Virus record (IMG/VR): IMGVR_UViG_3300028925_012725
Span: 1 to 32,122 of that record
Source: a virus
Lineage: Duplodnaviria > Caudoviricetes
Reading direction: 5' to 3' (one strand)
DNA: 32,122 nt
Positions 17,004 through 24,561 of the stretch are shown piece by piece. Position 1 is the first letter of the stretch; each line of letters starts with the position of its first letter. The translations under genes were made by a program, and so were the position numbers. The notes beneath the pieces were generated by a model. The model saw only the letters and a program-made list of their open reading frames with translations. It was not told where the DNA came from and ran no database searches.

Positions 17004-17750
17004 TTAGAAACCTGATTTTAAGTAACCTTGCAAACCAGCTACTGTAATTAGGCCAGACTTAACCCGTGAGCGAATCTTATTACCAGCATTCATGCGGATT
17101 GAGCCTGGATTAAGGTGCTCATACTTATGCCAATGATGAAAATCAGAGATAAGACCACCATTCTCCTCTAAACATACCCAATCGGCCATAGTACATACTT
17201 CCCTTGGAGACATTCCGGCTAGGAATACTGAAAGCTCATCACCAGTGTTCGATGATAGGCGACCAGTGTAGGCTACTGTGGGCTCGTAACGGGCGCGAGC
17301 TTTTCTTAGCTTCTCGGCCATGCGCTTGGGGTCAACGCCATCTTCCTCATCATCTTCGCCATCATTAAATGTCTCAGAATCAAAATCTTCGCGGTCAGCC
17401 TCCTGTGCGTCAAGGACGTCAAATGCGATTTCGGCACTGGTCTTAGCGCCTGATGTATCAGCAGGGCCGCTATAAACATTTTCACCTTTGCCAAAGGCAA
17501 ACACTTCGACAGCCTCATTCAAGATGGCCTGGGCTTCATAATCATCGCCACGTGCGTCATCGTAACCATAATCAACCATAAATGCCTCAAGGCGAGTCAT
17601 GGCTGAAGCGATGGTGCGAACTCGTGAACCCAACACCTCTTGGATGGCTTGGTCAGAAACCTCTTCAATCCAATCACGTAACTGGTCGCCAGCTGTGAAT
17701 GTAACTGCTAGGGTGCGAATCTCAGATATTAATTCAGTGCGTAACTTCAT
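17004..17750 (-). CDS. First early protein, unknown function, with acidic linker
   Basis: Strong SD and a promoter directly upstream; 248 aa. Confidence 0.8.
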   Translation of the reverse strand: MKLRTELISEIRTLAVTFTAGDQLRDWIEEVSDQAIQEVLGSRVRTIASAMTRLEAFMVDYGYDDARGDDYEAQAILNEAVEVFAFGKGENVYSGPADTSGAKTSAEIAFDVLDAQEADREDFDSETFNDGEDDEEDGVDPKRMAEKLRKARARYEPTVAYTGRLSSNTGDELSVFLAGMSPREVCTMADWVCLEENGGLISDFHHWHKYEHLNPGSIRMNAGNKIRSRVKSGLITVAGLQGYLKSGF

Positions 17751-17800
17751 GGTAATTCCTCTTTATCGTGGTTGGGGGAGCAAATCTCGCCCCATATACT

Positions 17801-17829
17801 ATTATACCACATAAGAGGGTGTGGTGCAA
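17801..17829 (-). promoter_or_regulatory. Leftward early sigma70-type promoter
   Basis: TTGCAC-17 bp-TATAAT with extended -10 TG (TGgTATAAT). Confidence 0.8.
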
Positions 17830-17880
17830 ATGTCCCTGGATGTTGCGTGTCTTAAGTCGAACCGTGACTGAAAATATATA

Positions 17881-18310
17881 TTCTGGTCACGTTTAAAACA
17901 TCTTTTGTAGATCTGGTCATCCTGCAAACCCTGTTCGTGCTCTGAGTCACGTTATAAACTTCTTTTGTGCGTTTGGTCATCCTGCAAACCCTGTTCGTGT
18001 TCTGAGTCACGTCTTAAACGTCTTTCGTAGATTTAGTCACCCTGCAAACCCTGTTCGTAGATTTGGTCACGTTTAAGACGTCTTTTGTGCTTTAAGTCAT
18101 CTTGCAAACCCTTTTTGTGTTCTGGGTCACCTTGCAAACCCTTTTTGTGTTCTGGGTCACCTTGCATACGTCTTTTGTGCGTTTGGTCATGTCTTAAACG
18201 TCTTTTGTGCTCTGAGTCATCTGCTAAACCCTTTTTGTGCGTCCAGTCATCCGACAAACCCTTTTTGTGCGTCCAGTCATCCGACAAACCCCTTTCATGT
18301 TCTGAGTCAC
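17881..18310. repeat. Degenerate 30-bp tandem repeat array (14 full units plus a partial)
   Basis: GTCAY recurs at an exact 30-bp period from 17886 to 18306; approximate consensus GTCAY-N5-AAACN-YYTTTYGT-N7; no indels. Confidence 0.95.
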
Positions 18311-18410
18311 GCTGGTCCGGGCAGTCCGGTGTGCGGCCTGGGCAGGTGGACCGTCTACAAACCCCGGAAGACGCGGGATGGTCCCCTAGGGACTACTGGT
18401 CCATATTTTC

Positions 18411-18443
18411 TTTTTTTTTTTTAAAAATACCCCCCCCCCCCCC
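18411..18443. repeat. Adjacent homopolymers T12-A5-TA-C14
   Basis: T run 18411-18422 and C run 18430-18443, read directly. Confidence 0.9.
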
Positions 18444-18712
18444 ACCGTAATCGACGCTTTTTTCGCTGCCGATATTGGTGGTACTATTTCCCCCGGACCG
18501 GGTGTGGTCTCTCTTGGCCACAGCCCCCGTCTTCCGCGTATTGTAGGTGGTCCATCATATAGCTCTCCAAGTAGGACCGTCCTATCTCCCAGGCTTGGTC
18601 TGTGATTCAGAATTATGATAGGTTCTGCCTATTGTTGTCCACTGAAGCGTGGAACATTACCGTGAAACGCCTAACACATTGAAGCAAACATTTAACACAT
18701 GATTCAGAGCAG

Positions 18713-18742
18713 TTGCATTTTAGCCACTCCTTATGTTATAAT
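18713..18742 (+). promoter_or_regulatory. Rightward sigma70-type promoter for the packaging/head operon
   Basis: TTGCAT-18 bp-TATAAT with extended -10 TG; shares TTATGTTATAATGT with the capsid promoter. Confidence 0.8.
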
Positions 18743-18748
18743 GTGCAA

Positions 18749-18928
18749 ATGACAGCTTTAACTGAATATGACCTCAAATCCCAGGCGGCATTAAAGGCAA
18801 GAGAACTTAGGTTGGAGAGAGAATTATTAAATACCCCTGTAGCCATGGCTCAGAGAGTCCATTGTGCTCTTATTAAAGATTTGCAGTTAAATGCCCCTTG
18901 GCTTATTCCGCTCATAACCAGAAGGTAA
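18749..18928 (+). CDS. Hypothetical protein (59 aa), probably leaderless
   Basis: ATG begins 7 nt after the -10 box and has no SD; the ORF-track TTG start is the -35 box. Confidence 0.55.
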   Translation: MTALTEYDLKSQAALKARELRLERELLNTPVAMAQRVHCALIKDLQLNAPWLIPLITRR

Positions 18929-18931
18929 AAC

Positions 18932-19399
18932 TTGACAGACCCAGAACTTATTAAGCGCAACCAAGCCAACGGTTGGGATGACTTAACTGCCGTTCAAAAG
19001 GCTTTTGCATATTCATTCTTGGTTACTTATGACCATCGTAACGCAGCTGTTGAAGCTGGCCAGGACGCTTCCCAAGGTCTCAAAATGTTGAGACACCCTC
19101 TCACAGCAGCCTTTATAAACGCAGAACAGCAGCATCAAGCTTCAGTTGGATATATAACCAAAGAATACGTTATGGTTCAATACATGAATCTTATGCCCAT
19201 GTTGATGGGAGAAGTTGCCGTCCCACTGGGCGCAGACAAAGACGGAGAACAGGTCACAGCTCGCAAATTTGATGCAGCTAACATGAAAGGCGTATTGAGC
19301 GAAATGTCCAAGTTTATTGAAGAATACTCCCCGGAACAGGACACCCCGGTCAATAACATTACATTTCATGTGGTTGAGGCCAAAACCCGTGAATCTTGA
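18932..19399 (+). CDS. terS: Terminase small subunit
   Basis: LTAVQKAFA...AAVEAG...MLRHP N-terminal HTH pattern; overlaps the terL start. Confidence 0.8.
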   Translation: MTDPELIKRNQANGWDDLTAVQKAFAYSFLVTYDHRNAAVEAGQDASQGLKMLRHPLTAAFINAEQQHQASVGYITKEYVMVQYMNLMPMLMGEVAVPLGADKDGEQVTARKFDAANMKGVLSEMSKFIEEYSPEQDTPVNNITFHVVEAKTRES

Positions 19400-20630
19400 T
19401 TTTACTGTGACCAACCCCCAATTGGATTTTCATAACCTTGCTTGCAAATATCCTGCCTTCATTGGTGGGTTTGGTTCAGGCAAAACCGAAGTCCTGGCCC
19501 AACGCGCAATTGCTGATAAACTTATGTGTCCCAAGGGGCCAGTTGCCTGTTATGAGCCCACTTATGATCTCGTTCGACTCATCCTGGCCCCACGGCTGGA
19601 GGAGAAGCTTGACGAATACAAGATTCAATACACTTATAACAAGTCCGAAAATATCATCTACACTAAAAAGTATGGTCAATTTATATTGAGGACTCTAGAC
19701 AACCCGGCTCGCATAGTAGGCTATGAGTCCTTCAGAAGTCATGTGGACGAGATAGACACTTTAAGACACAAACACGCAGAAGCAGTATGGCAAAAAATAA
19801 TTGCCCGTAACCGTTTTAAGGCAGAGGGCCTACCAAACCAAGTATCAGCATACACGACCCCGGAAGGATTCAACTTTGCCTACGACAGGTGGGAAAAGAA
19901 CCCAGGCCCGGATTATAAATATATCCGAGTATCAACTCGTGCCAACCCATTTTTGCCAGATGATTATATTCAAGGTTTAATGGATAGTTATCCTCCCAAT
20001 CTGGTTGAAGCATATATCGAAGGAAAGTTTGTTAACCTGACCACTGGCTCAGTTTATGATTCGTTTGACCGGGTTGAACATCACACTCCAGCTGAATGGG
20101 ACCGAACATCGGCCGAGCCAGTACATATTGGTATGGACTTTAACGTGGGAAATATGTCTGCAGTTATTCATGTTATCCGGGTAGGCCAGGCTTTAGCAGT
20201 GGGTGAGATAACCAAAGTATTAGACACCCCGGCCATGATCAGAACTATTAAAGAAAGGTATGCCGGGTCGTCTATCATAATTTACCCGGACGCTAGTGGT
20301 AACAGCCGCAAATCAAACAACGCCAGCGAATCAGACATCTCTCTATTGAAGCAAGCAAATTTCAAAGTAGACGCGCCCAAGGCCAACCCTTTTGTTCGTG
20401 ACCGGGTTATTTCCATGAATAGTGCGTTTGTATCTGGTAAATACTTAGTTAATGTTGAGCGATGTCCGGAATATTCATTGTGCTTGGAACAGCAAACATA
20501 CACAGATAACGGAGACCCGGACAAGAGCTCCGGGCACGACCACTTGCCAGATTCTGGTGGGTACTTTATCCACAGGAAATATCCTGTGGTAAATAGAAAA
20601 CCTCAAATAGCCAAAGTGGTGGGAATTTAA
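19389..20630 (+). CDS. terL: Terminase large subunit
   Basis: Walker A GGFGSGKT, Walker B VDEID, motif III TTP, nuclease GMDFN and DHLPD. Start placed at GTG 19389 (GAGG SD). Confidence 0.95.
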   Translation: MNLDFTVTNPQLDFHNLACKYPAFIGGFGSGKTEVLAQRAIADKLMCPKGPVACYEPTYDLVRLILAPRLEEKLDEYKIQYTYNKSENIIYTKKYGQFILRTLDNPARIVGYESFRSHVDEIDTLRHKHAEAVWQKIIARNRFKAEGLPNQVSAYTTPEGFNFAYDRWEKNPGPDYKYIRVSTRANPFLPDDYIQGLMDSYPPNLVEAYIEGKFVNLTTGSVYDSFDRVEHHTPAEWDRTSAEPVHIGMDFNVGNMSAVIHVIRVGQALAVGEITKVLDTPAMIRTIKERYAGSSIIIYPDASGNSRKSNNASESDISLLKQANFKVDAPKANPFVRDRVISMNSAFVSGKYLVNVERCPEYSLCLEQQTYTDNGDPDKSSGHDHLPDSGGYFIHRKYPVVNRKPQIAKVVGI

Positions 20631-20631
20631 A

Positions 20632-21948
20632 ATGGGCATAGAAAGCAAACACCCTCGTTACAAAGAAAAAGAAGTCCAATGGGCCAGATGCCGGGACGCC
20701 TATGATGGTGAAGACGCCATTAAGGAAAAGAGAACCGAATATCTTCCCAAACTATCAAAGCAAAGCGATGCTTCATATGCAGCATACATGAAGCGAGCGA
20801 GCTTTTATAACACTGTTAAAAGAACCGTTCACGGTTTAGCCGGGGCAGTGATGCGGATTGACCCCATTATTGAGGGCGTCCCGGAAGATTGGGAAATGGA
20901 CATTACAACCACTGGTATGAGCATTAACGACTTCATATATTACATGTTGACCGAGCAACTATTGACTGGTCGTCAAGGTGTGTTGGTGGAGCATGATGGG
21001 TCCAGGCCTTATTTAGTGGGTTATCCGACTGAGCAAATGACAAACTGGCTCGATGATAGAAATGTTCTGATGGAGCAGTATCGAAAAATCGACCCCAACG
21101 ATATGTATGATTCAACATACGAGACCCAGTATCGGGAGTTATTGGTTGAGGAAAGTGTGTATACAGTGAGGATTTGGCGCAAATCAAAAGGCGAATGGAA
21201 TGTTTACGATGAAATATTCCCTAGCAACCGGGGGAGAGGCCTGGAGTCTATACCCTTTGTACCCCTATCCGTTGACGGGTTCCACATGAATCCAAAATCG
21301 CCTCCTTTGCTTAACTTGGCAGACATGAATCTATCTCACTATCGCACATCTGCAGACCTTGAGCATGGTCGGCATTTTACGGCATTGCCAACACCCTATG
21401 TAACCGGGGTTGATGCAGAGTCCGAACTATCTATAGGCGCAGAGTCGGCCTGGGTTTTGCCGGATTCCTCTTCCAAGGCCGGGTATCTTGAATTTAGCGG
21501 CAACGGTTTAGCGGCACTGGACACAGCGATGGAGCAGAAACGGTCTATGATGGCGAGTCTAGGGGCACAACTCCTAGAGGGCCAGAAAAATGGCGTTGAG
21601 GCTACTGAAACCGTAAAGCTTCGCCAGAATTCCGAGGCGTCCGTCTTGATGCGAGCTGTGAAGACAGTGGAAGAAGGTTTGAATAAATCTTTGGCTATTA
21701 TGTCGGAATGGTCCGGTACGCCCGAAATGAAAATCAGACTGAATACCGATTTTGCAGACAGCGTGATTGGTTCTCAGGAAATGGTATCTCTTATGGGATT
21801 ATGGCAATCTGGTGCTATCAGCCACGAGTCTTTATTGTACAATATGAAGCGCGGTGAGATTCTACCCCCTGACATCAGCGTTGAGGAAGAGAGAGACCGT
21901 ATAGACGTCCAAACGGGTTTACCTGATATGGTAACAGACGAGGCCTAA
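20632..21948 (+). CDS. Portal protein (DUF4055-like)
   Basis: Follows terL; YLPKL..Y.AY..RA.FYN, PPLL.LA.MNL.HYR.SAD and W..GAIS motifs. Confidence 0.9.
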   Translation: MGIESKHPRYKEKEVQWARCRDAYDGEDAIKEKRTEYLPKLSKQSDASYAAYMKRASFYNTVKRTVHGLAGAVMRIDPIIEGVPEDWEMDITTTGMSINDFIYYMLTEQLLTGRQGVLVEHDGSRPYLVGYPTEQMTNWLDDRNVLMEQYRKIDPNDMYDSTYETQYRELLVEESVYTVRIWRKSKGEWNVYDEIFPSNRGRGLESIPFVPLSVDGFHMNPKSPPLLNLADMNLSHYRTSADLEHGRHFTALPTPYVTGVDAESELSIGAESAWVLPDSSSKAGYLEFSGNGLAALDTAMEQKRSMMASLGAQLLEGQKNGVEATETVKLRQNSEASVLMRAVKTVEEGLNKSLAIMSEWSGTPEMKIRLNTDFADSVIGSQEMVSLMGLWQSGAISHESLLYNMKRGEILPPDISVEEERDRIDVQTGLPDMVTDEA

Positions 21949-21950
21949 TC

Positions 21951-23636
21951 ATGGCAACTGTCAACGATAAAGTATTGGACGCAATAACGGGGCACTCAGT
22001 TGATTTGACGCGTTTGGAGGCATCTCTGCAAGCAGACGTATTGAAGGAGCTTAAGGTGCTTGAAAAAGACCTTATTAAAAAGCTCAAGAATGCTAACCTT
22101 GAAGCCAACTCTATTCCGCTCAAGCGCAAACGAATGCAAGCTCTATTAGCGCAAACCAAGAAGACTATCAAAGAGGCTTATGTCAAGATAGACGCAAAAG
22201 AAGCCACCAACATGGCTAGCGTGGCCGGGATTGCTGAAACCCAAGCGGTGGCAGCTATAAACGGGTCTATTAAAGCAAAAGTCCTGAGTGTTGGAATGTC
22301 AGACCAGATGTTGGGGTCCATTGCTTCAAATACCCTTATACAAGGTGCTCCTAGCCGGGAATGGTGGAGTGGCCAAGCAACCTCTCTTCAGAGCGGATTT
22401 AAGAATATCATACGGCAATCTATGCTAGCAGGTGAAACCACCAGCAACATAGTAAACTTAGTGAGAGGGACCGAGGCCCTCAGGTTTAAAGATGGCCTGA
22501 TGCAAACTGCTAGAAATAAAGCAGAAGCTCTTGTTAGAACGTCCGTCCAAGTGGTGGCCAACGAAGCCAGGATTGGGACATATGAAAGCAACCGTGACGT
22601 GGTAAAATATATTGAGTGGGTATCAACCCTGGACTCTAGGACTAGCTCTACCTGCCAAGTATTGGACGGCAAAAAGTGGGCTGTGGGTACGTTCAAGCCT
22701 ATAGGCCCCAATAGTCAGAATTTTCCCGGTCCCACAGCTCATTGGAATTGCCGCTCAACCCAAGTCCCAGTTCTAAAATCTTGGAAAGAGCTTGGCTCCA
22801 AGCGCAAATTTGATGAAATACCAGCTTCCACCCGGTCTAGCATGGACGGTCAAGTAAGCTCGAAAATAAGTTACGAAGATTGGCTTAAATCCAAGGGCCA
22901 GGAATTCCAAAAGGAAGTCCTGGGGCCGGGAAAATTCGAACTTTGGAAAGCCGGGAAAATTGGATTTAAAGATCTGACCAACTCAGCTGGAAACCCCCTC
23001 ACTGTTAGCCAACTCCAATTGAAGTATGATGATAAGCCCAAGCCCAAAAAGCCAGCCAAAATTAAAATATTAAATGAAAAAGGTACAACGGCTAGTAATG
23101 CAGGAATTCCCGAATATATTGAACTGATAAGTAAAGTCCAAGGTGCATCCGGCCGTGTATCTTTAGAAAATGAGTTATTAACTAGAAGTATGATTCAAGC
23201 GACATCTAGGTACACTGGTGGCACTTATAAAGACATTAACGACCACCTCAGGCATGGGCAAAGTTTACGTGAGTTTGATTTGGGGGGCATTAAAAGCATG
23301 GACGATATGTTTGCAGTTCTTCCCCGCACACAAAGACCCATGAAGCTATTCAGGTCCAGGCAGTCCGATAAAATGCATAAAATAGGCGATGTTTTAACGG
23401 ATAAGGGTTTTGGCTCAACTTCTACTAATGCCACGAACGACACATTTGGATTGTATGATTATGAAATTACCATCCCCACGGGGTCCAACGTTGGCTTTAT
23501 TGCGAGCTCGTCCCAATTCAAGGGGGAATTAGAGGTTTTATTGAACAGGGGGTACAGGATGACTGTAACCAAGATTACCAAGAATGGTAGGGGCTCACTG
23601 GGTAAGACGTACCACACAACATTAGAACTAGAATAG
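21951..23636 (+). CDS. MuF / SPP1 gp7-like minor head protein with C-terminal ADP-ribosyltransferase domain
   Basis: ALVRT, WVSTLDSRTS..C..LDG and P.AHWNCRS (MuF); Lys/Pro linker; YT...Y..IN..LR, LFRS, GFGSTS and GELEVLL (R-S-E ART). Confidence 0.88.
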   Translation: MATVNDKVLDAITGHSVDLTRLEASLQADVLKELKVLEKDLIKKLKNANLEANSIPLKRKRMQALLAQTKKTIKEAYVKIDAKEATNMASVAGIAETQAVAAINGSIKAKVLSVGMSDQMLGSIASNTLIQGAPSREWWSGQATSLQSGFKNIIRQSMLAGETTSNIVNLVRGTEALRFKDGLMQTARNKAEALVRTSVQVVANEARIGTYESNRDVVKYIEWVSTLDSRTSSTCQVLDGKKWAVGTFKPIGPNSQNFPGPTAHWNCRSTQVPVLKSWKELGSKRKFDEIPASTRSSMDGQVSSKISYEDWLKSKGQEFQKEVLGPGKFELWKAGKIGFKDLTNSAGNPLTVSQLQLKYDDKPKPKKPAKIKILNEKGTTASNAGIPEYIELISKVQGASGRVSLENELLTRSMIQATSRYTGGTYKDINDHLRHGQSLREFDLGGIKSMDDMFAVLPRTQRPMKLFRSRQSDKMHKIGDVLTDKGFGSTSTNATNDTFGLYDYEITIPTGSNVGFIASSSQFKGELEVLLNRGYRMTVTKITKNGRGSLGKTYHTTLELE

Positions 23637-23684
23637 TATTTTATCGGCCCCGGTGGGGCACAACTAAAGAACCGGAGGTTCAAA

Positions 23685-24428
23685 ATGGCTTTACAAGCTA
23701 CAGTAACAGAAATAGATAGTGTGCCTGAGGCACTTCGTTCAGCTTATGTCGAAAAAGACGGTGCGTTCCATTTAGATGTGGATGGCATGGTAGACAAATC
23801 AAAACTGGATGATTTTCGCTCCAACAACGTTAAATTGCTGAAGGACATTGAGACCCTCCAAGGCAAATATAAAGACGTGGACGTGGACCAATATGCCGCT
23901 TTCATTAAAGCTCAAACTGACGGCAGTGACCAGAAATTACTTGATGAAGGCAAAGTCGAAGAATTGCTAGAAGAGCGCACCAAAAGAATGAGGGAAGCTC
24001 ACAACAGTGAAATTGAAAAGGTCCAGGGCGAAAACGACACCCACAGACGGCAACTTGAGGGTTTGATGATAGATGCCTCTGTCCGTGATAGCGCAACCAA
24101 GCAGGGTGTGGCTTCCACAGCAATGGATGACGTGATACTTAGGGCCAAGACAGTCTTTCAATTGAAAAACGGCCAAGCCACACCCTTTGATGTAAATGGG
24201 GACGTAATTTACGGGTCTGGAACTTCGGACCCCATGTCTGTGGACCAGTGGGTAAAAGGTTTAACAGGCTCAGCACCCCACCTATTCACCCCTTCAAGGG
24301 GAGCAGGTGGAAATCACGACAACCGAGGGGGCAGTGGTGGAAACCAAGTAACTAGAGCGGAATTTGACTCTATGGACCAATACTCTCGGTCAGACTTCGC
24401 CAAAAAAGGCGGAAAAGTGGTTGACTAG
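23685..24428 (+). CDS. Capsid scaffolding protein
   Basis: GGAGG SD; coiled-coil; APHLF..S.G.G tail; upstream of the capsid gene. Confidence 0.8.
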   Translation: MALQATVTEIDSVPEALRSAYVEKDGAFHLDVDGMVDKSKLDDFRSNNVKLLKDIETLQGKYKDVDVDQYAAFIKAQTDGSDQKLLDEGKVEELLEERTKRMREAHNSEIEKVQGENDTHRRQLEGLMIDASVRDSATKQGVASTAMDDVILRAKTVFQLKNGQATPFDVNGDVIYGSGTSDPMSVDQWVKGLTGSAPHLFTPSRGAGGNHDNRGGSGGNQVTRAEFDSMDQYSRSDFAKKGGKVVD

Positions 24429-24450
24429 CAATGCCGTTTTATGTTATAAT
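24421..24450 (+). promoter_or_regulatory. Sigma70-type promoter for the major capsid gene
   Basis: TTGACT-18 bp-TATAAT with extended -10 TG. Confidence 0.85.
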
Positions 24451-24456
24451 GTTCGT

Positions 24457-24561
24457 AACAGTAGCGGAGTTACTGACCCCTTAAAGATTCCAGTGGAATC
24501 TAAGACTATAGAACGAGGGCGCTACTGTCCTCGAAATTTAAACTTTTGAGGAATTATCCCC
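24457..24561 (+). promoter_or_regulatory. Structured 5' leader of capsid mRNA with alternative pairings
   Basis: Complementary segments 24458-66/24520-28, 24459-65/24469-75, 24485-92/24494-501, 24514-19/24528-33 and 24529-36/24544-51. Confidence 0.6.

Noticed and set aside
4457-17814. Many plus-strand ORFs opposite the replication and early genes, and minus-strand ORFs in the structural arm
   Set aside because: Antisense shadows of well-supported genes, with no SD or recognisable motifs.
18033-18287. 10-aa repeat protein on the minus strand (DDWTHKKGLS...)
   Set aside because: TTG start inside the array without an SD; the frame has TAA stops within the array and a TAG upstream. A decayed gene cannot be fully excluded.
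17881-18310. CRISPR array or mini-array
   Set aside because: Units are contiguous degenerate tandem copies with no unique spacers, and no cas genes are present.
18085-18450. Cys-rich KPFLC repeat ORF on the plus strand
   Set aside because: Translation shadow of the DNA repeat and homopolymers; the same frame has TAG in earlier units.
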